This document shows positions 50,281-59,532 of a DNA stretch of 64,000 bases, piece by piece (within the stretch, counting starts at the first letter, position 1; every line of letters starts with the position of its first letter). The DNA comes from Opitutaceae bacterium (GTDB lineage: Bacteria > Verrucomicrobiota > Verrucomicrobiia > Opitutales > Opitutaceae). The notes under the pieces are model-generated. The model did no database searches and was not told the DNA's origin. It saw nothing but the letters and a program-made list of their open reading frames with translations. Made by a program: the position numbers and the translations under genes. The stretch is taken from the NCBI GenBank assembly GCA_015075305.1, contig JABTUS010000004.1:238679-302678 (forward strand). Reading direction: 5' to 3'.

Positions 50281-51930
50281 ATGCACCTGCCGCTTGCCCT
50301 AGCCTCCTTCCTCCTTGTGACGGCGGCGGTGGCGCTCGTTTCCTGGTGGCGAACGCGTGGTCTCGACAACAAGGAGGCAAAGACCTACTTCCTTGCGGGC
50401 AGGCGCCTCCCGTGGATCCAGGTCGCCGGTGCTCTGCTGCTCACGAATCTTTCCACCGAGCAGTTGATCGGCCTGAATGGCGCCGCGTCCATCCATGGCG
50501 CCGTCGTGATGGCCTGGGAGGTTGTGCCGGTCTTTGCCTTGATCGCCATGGCGTGGTATTTCCTGCCGCAATACTGGTCGGGCAACATCACGACGGTCCC
50601 GCAGTTCCTCGAGCAGCGCTTCGACGCGACTGCGCGGCGCGTCATGGGTATCGTCTTCATCATGGCGATCGTCCTGAACATCCTGCCGTTTGTGCTCTTT
50701 TCGGGCGGACTGGCGATGAGCACGATCTTCCATGTTCATGAACACCTCGGCATATCCCAGGAGGCGTCATTCAAGGTGATGGCCTGGGCGATCGGAATCA
50801 TCGGTACGTGTTATGTGGTGTTCGGCGGAATGAAGGCGGTGGCGCTTTCCGACACGCTGTATGGCGCAGGACTGCTTGTGTGCGGCCTGCTCATTCCGAT
50901 CCTCGCCGTCTACAAGCTCGGCGACGGTCAATTTCTCGACGGACTCCAGCGTGTGATCGAGCACCAGCCTGCGAAAATCAACCCGGTCGGAGGGCCGAAG
51001 TCGAACGTGCCCTTCTCGACACTCTTCACGGGCATGCTCTTCATCAACCTGTTCTACTGGTGCACCAACCAGATGATCGTGCAGCGGTCGTTTGGTGCGA
51101 AGAGTTTTGCCGAGGCGCAGAAGGGGATTCTTGCCACGGCGGCGCTGAAGCTTGTCGGCCCGTTCTTTCTCGTGTTTCCGGGAGTCATCGCGCTCGAAAT
51201 GTTCGGACCCGAACGGATCGGCAATGGCGACCTCGCCTACGCCCTGCTCGTTGATGCGGTGCTTCCGCCCTACCTGATCGGAATTTTTGCGGCGGTTTTC
51301 CTGGGTTCGGTCATCAGCGCCTTCAACGGGGGGCTGCACAGCATCTCCACGATGTTCAGCGTCGACCTTTACCGGAGCTGGCTGAAGCCGGGCGCCTCGG
51401 ATGCAGAGATGGTGAGGGCGGGAAAGATTTTCTCTGTCGTCATGGTTCTGCTCGCCATCCTGACGAGCGGGCTGCTCGGGGGTTCGTCGGAGGGGATCTT
51501 CACGATGATGAAGCAGGTGATGGCGGCCTTCAAGCTGCCGCTGCTGGCGGTCGTGGTGATGGGGATGTTGAGTCACAAGGTGCCCGCCTGGGCGGCCAAT
51601 GCGTCGATGATTCTCGGGGTCCTCACCTCGACCCTGCTCAACTGCCTCTGGGGCGATGGATTTCTCGGATTCCGCTTCAACGTCTCGGACATCCACATCC
51701 ACTGGCTGCATCTCGCGGCGCTGAACACGGTGCTTCTCTGCCTGTTCATGGCGGTGATCGGGGCGGTTGCACCGGCCGCGCCCCGCGTGCCGAACTCCGA
51801 GCGGCGCGGCGCGTCAGATTCCGCGGGCGCGATGGATATGACGCCATGGAGCGGAGTCAGGGTCGCGTCTGTTGGCGTTGCCGCGGCCGCCATCCTGCTC
51901 TACTACGCATTCTGGCGCCTCTCACGCTAG
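50281..51930 (+). CDS. sodium:solute symporter family (SSF/SGLT-like) transporter
   Basis: 549 aa, about 13-14 helices. YFLAGRRLPW..GALLLTNLSTEQLIGLNGAA is typical of SSF sugar symporters. Confidence 0.9.
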   Translation: MHLPLALASFLLVTAAVALVSWWRTRGLDNKEAKTYFLAGRRLPWIQVAGALLLTNLSTEQLIGLNGAASIHGAVVMAWEVVPVFALIAMAWYFLPQYWSGNITTVPQFLEQRFDATARRVMGIVFIMAIVLNILPFVLFSGGLAMSTIFHVHEHLGISQEASFKVMAWAIGIIGTCYVVFGGMKAVALSDTLYGAGLLVCGLLIPILAVYKLGDGQFLDGLQRVIEHQPAKINPVGGPKSNVPFSTLFTGMLFINLFYWCTNQMIVQRSFGAKSFAEAQKGILATAALKLVGPFFLVFPGVIALEMFGPERIGNGDLAYALLVDAVLPPYLIGIFAAVFLGSVISAFNGGLHSISTMFSVDLYRSWLKPGASDAEMVRAGKIFSVVMVLLAILTSGLLGGSSEGIFTMMKQVMAAFKLPLLAVVVMGMLSHKVPAWAANASMILGVLTSTLLNCLWGDGFLGFRFNVSDIHIHWLHLAALNTVLLCLFMAVIGAVAPAAPRVPNSERRGASDSAGAMDMTPWSGVRVASVGVAAAAILLYYAFWRLSR

Positions 51931-51946
51931 GCCCGGATTGTTCGAG

Positions 51947-53029
51947 ATGAAATTCGCCGGCAGAAAAAAATCCAGGAGCAATGACCCGGACCGGGAGATC
52001 ATGTCGCTTCAAATGTACATGCCGGACGAGAATACGCGTGTCTTCAACTTCAACGGGCGCAAGCTCGTCTCGATTCTTGGACGCGATTCGTTTCCCGGGG
52101 AGCGGTTCCTGAAGCTGGAAACCAAGGCGATCGAGTATGCGAGCCGCCAGCCCCTGACATCGGCGCTGCTGCCATGCCGGCTCGGCTACTATCCCAACGC
52201 GCGAGGGCAGAAGGTTTCCCGGCCGGATGGAGACTGGGCCTTCACGCTCCTGTACTGCCTCGATGGGGCGGGTGATTTGCAGCTCAGGGACGCAAGGTAT
52301 CGCCTGACGCGCGGCATGATCGCCCTGCTGCGTCCGTTCGAGTTTCATTCCTACGAGGCGGACGCGACCAACCCGTGGTCGTACTATTGGATTCATTTCA
52401 ACGGCAGCATGGCCCAGCAGTACTATGACCTGCTCTGCGCCAGCGGCAGGCGCTGCTGCCTGAGCCTCGAGCCCGGAGTCAGCTTCGTCCAGACATTCGA
52501 GAAGATTCTCGGCATCCTCCACGGCGGCCAGGCGTACAAGGACCTGGTGCAGGCTTCGTGCGCGCTGCATCACCTCCTCGGCGACATCCATGGCCTTGTC
52601 AGCCACAGGAACTGTGAACAGGAAACCGTTGAAACCCGGGTTGGAAGGACGATTGAGGTCATGCGCAACAATCTCGGGATGCAGGTCAGCATTCAGGAGC
52701 TGGCTGCGGTTGCCAGGATGTCGCATGCGTACTACGCGATGCAGTTCCGGCGTCAGACCGGCGAAAGCCCGCGCAGCTTCATCAACAGGCTGAAGGTTGA
52801 GAAAGCCTGCGAGTACCTTCGCACAAGCAACGCGAAGATCGAAACGATCGCCCATCTTCTCGGATGTGACGATCCCTTTTACTTCTGCCGCCTCTTCAAG
52901 CGGCGGACCGGAACAACTCCCTCGGCCTATCGCCAGAATTCCGGGAAGAGTCCGACACTGGCGCTTCCTGACAGAAACGATCAGCGGGCGTCCGCTCAGA
53001 ACGTTTCCCAGTCCCGCCATGCGCGCTAG
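51947..53029 (+). CDS. AraC family transcriptional regulator (cupin-type sensor plus HTH)
   Basis: C-terminal SIQELAAVARMSHAYYAMQFRRQTGESPRSFINRLKVEKACEYL ... DPFYFCRLFKRRTGTTPSAYR. Embedded inside the co-directional transporter/sulfatase gene string. Confidence 0.88.
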   Translation: MKFAGRKKSRSNDPDREIMSLQMYMPDENTRVFNFNGRKLVSILGRDSFPGERFLKLETKAIEYASRQPLTSALLPCRLGYYPNARGQKVSRPDGDWAFTLLYCLDGAGDLQLRDARYRLTRGMIALLRPFEFHSYEADATNPWSYYWIHFNGSMAQQYYDLLCASGRRCCLSLEPGVSFVQTFEKILGILHGGQAYKDLVQASCALHHLLGDIHGLVSHRNCEQETVETRVGRTIEVMRNNLGMQVSIQELAAVARMSHAYYAMQFRRQTGESPRSFINRLKVEKACEYLRTSNAKIETIAHLLGCDDPFYFCRLFKRRTGTTPSAYRQNSGKSPTLALPDRNDQRASAQNVSQSRHAR

Positions 53030-54671
53030 TCCCTGGTTCCTGTCCCGGCCCGCATTTTCCCGATGTGCGCTGCTTGTCTGGGCCTTGTGCCGCGTGCTGA
53101 CACCGGACGCTTCGGCAGCCCGGCCCAATGTCCTTTTCATCGCGGTGGATGATCTTCGCCCCGAGCTGAGGTGCTATGGCGCTGAGTATGTCAAATCTCC
53201 GAACATTGATCGCCTTGCCGCCCGGGGAATACTGTTCGAGCGGGCGTACTGCCAGTACGCCATCTGCGGACCCAGCCGCGCGAGTCTGCTCACGGGATTG
53301 CGGCCGGACACGCTGAAGATCGAGGATATCGACACCTATTTCCGCAATACGGTGCCCGATGTCGTGACGCTGCCGCAGCACTTCAAGGCCAATGGCTACA
53401 CTGCCGTCTATTACGGCAAGGTCTTTCATGCGCGTCAGGAGGATCAGGCCAGGTCCTGGAATCAACGACCGGCGGGCACCGAGCCGGTCCACGATGCCGG
53501 CGGCGAGTACCAGCTTCCCGAAAATCGTGCACTGGTCCGGGAGCGACGCGAGGCGGCGTTGAAGCAGTTTGGATCGACCGGCATCGACGGGCTCGCCTCA
53601 GGTCCGGCATGGGAGGCTGCTGATCGTCCCGACAGCGATTATGGCGACGGACGAACCACGGACGCCGCCCTGCTGGCCATGAAGAAGCTGAGCGACGCCG
53701 GCAAACCCTTCTTTCTGGCCGTGGGCTACCGCAAGCCCCATCTGCCCTTCATTGCGCCAAAGCGGTATTTTGACCTATACGACGCGGCGCGCATGCCGCT
53801 CGCATCCCCCGCGCACCCGCCGGAGGGGGCGCCCGGGGTGGCATTGCATCAGTCATTCGAGCTCCGAACACGGTCGAACATTCCAAGCAACGGGCCAATC
53901 AGCGACGAACTTGCACGCGAGCTCCGCCGGGCCTATGCCGCCTGCACGAGCTTTGTGGACGCCCAGGTCGGACGGCTGCTTTCCCGGCTTGATGAACTTG
54001 GCCTGGCTGGAAACACGATCATCGTCTTCTGGGGCGATCATGGGTGGCATCTCGGTGAGCAGGGCATGTGGGGCAAGGCGACGGACTATGAAGCCGCCAC
54101 ACGCGCGCCCCTGATCGTTGCCGCACCCGGTGCAGAGGGAAACGGGCGGAAGAGCCCGGCACTCGTCGAGTTCGTTGACGTGTATCCGACACTCTGCGAA
54201 CTGGCCGGGCTCCCGATTCCCGCCTCCCTCGAGGGCACCAGTTTTGCTCCCCTGCTGAATGCACCGGCACGGTCCTGGAAGAAGGCTGCCTTCAGCCAGT
54301 TTCCTGCTCCGGCGCTTCGCGAGTGGGCGGCGCGACCGCTTTCGACGGGAATGCGCAGGACATTTTTTGGTCCGCTGATCTCAGCGGTCGAGACGCAATT
54401 GAGGCATGAATATGGTGCGCGCCATGACCAGGCGGCGTTTGACCATGACGTGATGGGATACACGATGCGTACGGATCGTTATCGTTTCACGGTGTGGGTG
54501 GACCGGCGTCAGCCGACCGGGGAGCCTTACTCGATTGAGCTTTACGACCATCGGGTCGATCCCGGTGAAACGAGGAATATCACCGCCGCCCCGGAGAATG
54601 CCGCTCTGGCAGCCGACCTTCGGGCGCAATGGCTGCAAGGCTGGCGGATGGCGGGTCCGGAAAGGCCTTGA
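53019..54671 (+). CDS. formylglycine-dependent sulfatase (iduronate-2-sulfatase-like), secreted
   Basis: PNVLFIAVDDLRPEL, ICGPSRASLLTG, FWGDHGWHLGEQG. ATG 53019 overlaps the AraC stop by 11 nt. Confidence 0.9.
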   Translation: MRASPWFLSRPAFSRCALLVWALCRVLTPDASAARPNVLFIAVDDLRPELRCYGAEYVKSPNIDRLAARGILFERAYCQYAICGPSRASLLTGLRPDTLKIEDIDTYFRNTVPDVVTLPQHFKANGYTAVYYGKVFHARQEDQARSWNQRPAGTEPVHDAGGEYQLPENRALVRERREAALKQFGSTGIDGLASGPAWEAADRPDSDYGDGRTTDAALLAMKKLSDAGKPFFLAVGYRKPHLPFIAPKRYFDLYDAARMPLASPAHPPEGAPGVALHQSFELRTRSNIPSNGPISDELARELRRAYAACTSFVDAQVGRLLSRLDELGLAGNTIIVFWGDHGWHLGEQGMWGKATDYEAATRAPLIVAAPGAEGNGRKSPALVEFVDVYPTLCELAGLPIPASLEGTSFAPLLNAPARSWKKAAFSQFPAPALREWAARPLSTGMRRTFFGPLISAVETQLRHEYGARHDQAAFDHDVMGYTMRTDRYRFTVWVDRRQPTGEPYSIELYDHRVDPGETRNITAAPENAALAADLRAQWLQGWRMAGPERP

Positions 54672-54679
54672 ATTTGATT

Positions 54680-56203
54680 ATGTCCAGAAAACAAGCGGTC
54701 TTTTTTCTCATAGATACACAGGGAGTGAATTGTGTCGGATGTTATCATCCGCAGCTGGCTTTGCGGACTCCCAACATCGATCGCCTGGCTGCGGACGGGC
54801 TCCGTTTCGAGCGGGCCTACAGTTGTTCGCCGGTGTGCGGCCCGGCGCGCTCCGCGATATTCACAGGTCTCTATCCGCACAGCAACGGCGTGCTCGCCAA
54901 CGACATGGCGCCACACCTCGATCTGCCGACACTCGGACAGCGCCTGCAGTCCGCGGGATTCTCAACCGGATATGTGGGCAAATGGCACCTCGATGGCACC
55001 GACTACTTCGGCAACGGCCGCTGTCCACCGGGCTGGGAGCCGGAGACCTGGATGGACGGACGCAACTACCTCGACTCCCTGCCCGATGACGAGGCGCGGG
55101 CGCTGTCCCGCCAGGTGCTCGGCCCGAAGGAAGTGAGGGAGCACGGCATTTCCTCGGAGTTCACCCATGCCCATCGCATCGCCGACAAGGCGATCGACTT
55201 CATTCGCAGGCATCAGCATGAGGACTTCTTCCTCGTCGTCTCCATTGATGAGCCGCATCACCCGTTCATTGCGCCCGAGCCGTTTGCCAGCGCGTTTGAG
55301 GATTTTCTCTTTCCGGTTCCCAATGCCGATGACCCGCTCACCGACAAACCCCGGAGTCAGCGTGAATGGGCCGCGCACACGGGGAAGGCCTTCGAGGCGA
55401 GCTTGGTGAGGCGGAATGGCATGATCCACCTTCGGCACCCACGACACTTCGCCTGCAACAGTTTTTCCGACCACCAGGTGGGGCGGGTCATTGCAGCGAT
55501 CGAAGAGAGGACCCCTGGCGCATTTGTCACCTACACCAGCGATCACGGCGACATGTTTGGCAGCCACCGGCTGCACGGCAAGGGGCCCTGCATGTACGAT
55601 GAGATTGCAAGGATCCCCTTGATCGTGAAATGGCCGGGGCATGTCGCACCGGGCGGCACATCGTCCGGTCCGGTGTCACACATCGATCTCGTTCCCACCT
55701 GGCTCGACTTCTTCGGCCTTGCGCCAGTCGACCTGCTTCAGGGGAAGTCCCTGCTTCCGCAGATTCGCCGGCCGGAAAGCGCCGTCAACGACAGCGTCTT
55801 TCTCGAGTTCAACCGCTTTGAAATTGATCACGATGGCTTTGGTGCGTTCGCTCCGATTCGCGCGGTGTTCGACGGGCGCTACAAGCTTGTGATCAACCTG
55901 CTCGACACGGACGAACTTTACGATCACGCGACCGATTCGCTTGAGCTGCGAAATTTGATAAACGATTCGGCTGTCTCTGAAGTGCGCACGAGGCTCCACA
56001 AGGAAATCCTGGGCTGGAGGAACCGCACTCGAGATCCCCTCAGGGGGCCGCACTGGATGCGGCGCCCCTGTAGCACCCTTGAGTCCGGATCGACCTGGGG
56101 AGGACCGACACGGCCGAGGCCCTTCGATGAGACGTTTGAACCGAAGCCACTGCTCTACGATACCGCTGAGGTGATCGACCGCTATGAATATGCAAAGTAT
56201 TGA
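54680..56203 (+). CDS. formylglycine-dependent sulfatase without a signal peptide (predicted cytoplasmic)
   Basis: MSRKQAVFFLIDTQGVN goes directly into the sulfatase core. VCGPARSAIFTG, TSDHGDMFGSH. Confidence 0.87.
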   Translation: MSRKQAVFFLIDTQGVNCVGCYHPQLALRTPNIDRLAADGLRFERAYSCSPVCGPARSAIFTGLYPHSNGVLANDMAPHLDLPTLGQRLQSAGFSTGYVGKWHLDGTDYFGNGRCPPGWEPETWMDGRNYLDSLPDDEARALSRQVLGPKEVREHGISSEFTHAHRIADKAIDFIRRHQHEDFFLVVSIDEPHHPFIAPEPFASAFEDFLFPVPNADDPLTDKPRSQREWAAHTGKAFEASLVRRNGMIHLRHPRHFACNSFSDHQVGRVIAAIEERTPGAFVTYTSDHGDMFGSHRLHGKGPCMYDEIARIPLIVKWPGHVAPGGTSSGPVSHIDLVPTWLDFFGLAPVDLLQGKSLLPQIRRPESAVNDSVFLEFNRFEIDHDGFGAFAPIRAVFDGRYKLVINLLDTDELYDHATDSLELRNLINDSAVSEVRTRLHKEILGWRNRTRDPLRGPHWMRRPCSTLESGSTWGGPTRPRPFDETFEPKPLLYDTAEVIDRYEYAKY

Positions 56204-57827
56204 GTCGCTGGCTGTGCTGGTCGCGGCGTGCACCCTGTGCGGTGGGGGCAGTCAGGCGCTTGGCAATGAGCCGGTGGTCGATCGCCTGCAGACGGAGGCC
56301 CGGGGGATCCATCTGCTCTGGGCGGATGACAAGCCGGACCAGACGGATATCATGAGGCTGCCATTTGTGCATGGCGGTCAGGTCGTCGTGCAGTGGGCGG
56401 ACATCGAGCCCCAGCCCGGACGGTACGACTTCAAGTCCATGGACTCCAAACTTGCCTATTTGGCGGGCCTGAACGCATGGGCGACGGTTCAGATCAATGG
56501 CAATCTGAAACCTGGCTGGCTTTTCAGGGAGGTGCCCTCGGTCTCCGCGCGTTTTCACCAGCAGGTCCAGGACGAGCAGGGCACGCTCATGTTCTGGCAT
56601 CCGCGATTCATTGAGGCGCACCTCGCGATGCTCCGGTCCGTGGCGGCGCATCTGCGCACGAGCTCCTGGCGCGAAAGGCTCCTTGGCATCCGCATGAATT
56701 TCAATGCGGTAGGCACGGAGCAGCTGCACATCCCCGAGGAGTATTGCGATCCGAGGGCATGGAGGATTCCGGCCGGAGTCTCGGTGGACGGCGTCCCTGT
56801 TTACGATGAGACGGTGCGACAGCGCTACGTTTCACGGACAGTCGAAACCTACGAGAAGGAGTTCTCCCAATGGGCAGTTGTGTTTGTGCGCAATCTTGTG
56901 GACGGCGAAGTGCTGGCCCGGATTGCGCCCGACCTGCGGGCGGGAAGACTCGGACTCTTTCACACGTCGAGCGAAGTCGAACCGCGCACGGGGATGACGG
57001 AGCGCCGCTACGGCATGTTTTATGACTACGCGCGTTCAGGGGAAACCGTTGCCTATGCGGAACCCTGGGCCTCCGCTTGGGGGGAGCATGGGGGCAAGAA
57101 TGATGTGCGCTGGTGCAGCCCCTGCCAGTGGAACTACTGGACCCTGCTATTTAATCTGCATTGCGGCGTCTCGTTCATCGGAGAGTACTACATCAATCTT
57201 CATTTTGCCCTCACCGGGGACCATCCGCGGCGGCTAAAGGACACCGTGCATCCGAAGGAGCAGGCCGGGGAGTTTCTGGCCGCCTACCGATGGGTGGACA
57301 CCTATGCGGGCAGGCACAATCGTCCGCTTGAAACCCCCGGTGCATGGGTCGCCTTCCGTCAGAATTCAGAGATCAAGGCGAAGAACTCGATAGGACCGAG
57401 GGATGGATGGACACTCCGGCGATTTTCGGGCGACTACAATTTCCTGATGGAGCGGCTGGATGGGGATGATTCCGTCGGTGTCGGCCCGGTGGGTCCTCCG
57501 GAACAGCGTTATGGCGCCTTTGCCCGAAAATATCCCGCGCAGCGCAGCGCCAGGCTCAGACTGGATTCGGACTTCCTGCGCGTACTCTCACAGCATGGTG
57601 GAAGCGTGAGGGTCATCTATCTCGACGACGCACGGCGCCCCGATGCGCTGGTGCGAATCGGAGATGATGTTGTCGGACAACTCAGATTTTCCTCGGGAGG
57701 ACGCTGGCAGATCGCCGAGTTCGCAGTTCCGAAGGAAAGCTGGAAGCGAACGACCAGCGAGTGGCAGATCGAAGTTGCCAGCGGGGCGGCTCCCGTGACG
57801 CTGCATCTTGTGGAGGCGCGCCGTTAA
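56184..57827 (+). CDS. uncharacterised exported protein, candidate (beta/alpha)8 glycoside hydrolase
   Basis: Signal/lipoprotein-like N-terminus (LAVLVAACTLCGG). VVQWADIEPQPGRYDF...LAYLAGLNAWATVQI...KPGWL resembles the W..lEP..G.YDF opening of GH42/GH35-type barrels. The rest is unrecognised. Overlaps the upstream sulfatase by 20 nt. Confidence 0.55.
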   Translation: MNMQSIESLAVLVAACTLCGGGSQALGNEPVVDRLQTEARGIHLLWADDKPDQTDIMRLPFVHGGQVVVQWADIEPQPGRYDFKSMDSKLAYLAGLNAWATVQINGNLKPGWLFREVPSVSARFHQQVQDEQGTLMFWHPRFIEAHLAMLRSVAAHLRTSSWRERLLGIRMNFNAVGTEQLHIPEEYCDPRAWRIPAGVSVDGVPVYDETVRQRYVSRTVETYEKEFSQWAVVFVRNLVDGEVLARIAPDLRAGRLGLFHTSSEVEPRTGMTERRYGMFYDYARSGETVAYAEPWASAWGEHGGKNDVRWCSPCQWNYWTLLFNLHCGVSFIGEYYINLHFALTGDHPRRLKDTVHPKEQAGEFLAAYRWVDTYAGRHNRPLETPGAWVAFRQNSEIKAKNSIGPRDGWTLRRFSGDYNFLMERLDGDDSVGVGPVGPPEQRYGAFARKYPAQRSARLRLDSDFLRVLSQHGGSVRVIYLDDARRPDALVRIGDDVVGQLRFSSGGRWQIAEFAVPKESWKRTTSEWQIEVASGAAPVTLHLVEARR

Positions 57828-57831
57828 GAAT

Positions 57832-59448
57832 ATGAAAGTGATCCAATCGATTCGTCTGATTCTGCTGTCTGTCGCTGCGATCGCCGCTCAATGCGTCGCA
57901 GCGACAAATCGTCCGAACATACTTTTCTGCATCGCTGATGATGCATCGTATGCGCACTTCTCGGCGAACGGATGCCGATGGGTGAACACCCCGGCGTTTG
58001 ACCGGATTGCCCGCGAGGGACTCCTGTTCAGCCGCGCCTACACTCCAAACTCCAAGTGTGCGCCGTCGCGCGCGGTGGTGCTCACCGGGCGAAACAGCTG
58101 GCAGCTGGAATCCGCCGCCAATCATGGCGGCTACTGGCCGGAGGGAAAGTATCGAACGTTTGTTGAGACGCTCGGTGAAAACGGGTACCACACCGGCATG
58201 ACTGGAAAAGGCTGGGGTCCGGGGGATCCCGGGCATCTCAATGGCCGGGCACGCCAGCTGGCGGGGCGGCCGTACAATGACAAACGGAAGACTCCCCTGA
58301 CGGACAAGATTTCGCCGGTCGACTACGCCGGAAACTTTGCGGCCTTTCTCCAGGATCGTCCGGCGGGCAAGCCATTCTGCTTCTGGTTTGGGGCCCATGA
58401 GCCTCACCGCGACTACAGCCGTGGATCAGGCATCAGGCTGGGAGGGAAATCCCCGGGTCAGATAGATCGCGTTCCGCTCTATCTGCCGGACACGCCCGCG
58501 GTTCGCAGTGACATGCTGGACTACGCGCTCGAGATTGAATACTTCGATGCCCAACTCGGGCTCGTCCTCGATGTGCTGGAAAAGACCGGCGAACTGGAGA
58601 ATACAATCGTCGTCGTCACATCCGACAACGCGATGCCGTTTCCCCGCCTGAAGGGCACCACGTACGAGGCCGCCCTGCACCTGCCCCTGGCTATTCGCTG
58701 GGGACGAGGCATTGCCCACCCCGGTCGCACGGTGAACGATCTCGTGAGTTTCATCGATTTTGCACCCACGTTTCTCGATGCAGCGGACATTGATCCGGTG
58801 AAGACATCGATGGAGTCCATTCAGGGCGGAAGCCTGCTCGATATTTTCCGGAATACAGACGATGGAAAAATTCAGCCTGGCCGTGAATCGCTCTTCACCG
58901 GCCAGGAACGCCACGACCTTGGGCGACCGAACGATGTCGGGTATCCCGTCCGGGGCATGCTGACGGAGCGTTTTCTCTATCTGCACAACTTCGAACCGGC
59001 GCGATGGCCCATGTGTGATCCGATCACCGGCTACCTCAATACGGACGGCGGGCCGAGCAAGACTGCTGTGCTTGAGGAGAATCGAAAGGGGATAAACCAC
59101 TGGCGCTGGGAGCTGGATTTCGGCCGTCGACCGGCTGAGGAACTTTATGACCTTCAGAGCGACCCCGACTGCATTGTCAACCTTGCGGCCGATCCTGATT
59201 TTGATTCCACGAGAGTTCAAATGAAGGAGCGACTTTTCTCCGCGCTTCGAGAGCAGCGCGATCCGCGCATGGAAGGGAAGGGCGAGGTGTTTGACAGGTA
59301 TCCGCATGCATCGGCCCTGCGAAACTTCTACGAACGGTACCTAAAGGGAGAACGCCTGAGGACACCCTGGGTGGAGGAGTCGGACTATGAGTCACACGAC
59401 TTTGACGCCGAACGGCCCCTTGCGCCAAGGCATCCGGTCGGCCGCTGA
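57832..59448 (+). CDS. formylglycine-dependent sulfatase (N-sulfoglucosamine sulfohydrolase/sulfamidase-like), secreted
   Basis: PNILFCIADDASYAHFSANG, KCAPSRAVVLTG, VTSDNAMPFPRLKG. The ADD..(not VDD) opening recalls SGSH-type enzymes; the subfamily call is tentative. Confidence 0.88.
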   Translation: MKVIQSIRLILLSVAAIAAQCVAATNRPNILFCIADDASYAHFSANGCRWVNTPAFDRIAREGLLFSRAYTPNSKCAPSRAVVLTGRNSWQLESAANHGGYWPEGKYRTFVETLGENGYHTGMTGKGWGPGDPGHLNGRARQLAGRPYNDKRKTPLTDKISPVDYAGNFAAFLQDRPAGKPFCFWFGAHEPHRDYSRGSGIRLGGKSPGQIDRVPLYLPDTPAVRSDMLDYALEIEYFDAQLGLVLDVLEKTGELENTIVVVTSDNAMPFPRLKGTTYEAALHLPLAIRWGRGIAHPGRTVNDLVSFIDFAPTFLDAADIDPVKTSMESIQGGSLLDIFRNTDDGKIQPGRESLFTGQERHDLGRPNDVGYPVRGMLTERFLYLHNFEPARWPMCDPITGYLNTDGGPSKTAVLEENRKGINHWRWELDFGRRPAEELYDLQSDPDCIVNLAADPDFDSTRVQMKERLFSALREQRDPRMEGKGEVFDRYPHASALRNFYERYLKGERLRTPWVEESDYESHDFDAERPLAPRHPVGR

Positions 59449-59532
59449 TGGATGCCCGGTGGTCCGCCACATCCATGGGGTCTGCGGGAAGATGGCACCA
59501 TCGAATCTGGAGGCCGCGGGGGAGCCGCGCCC

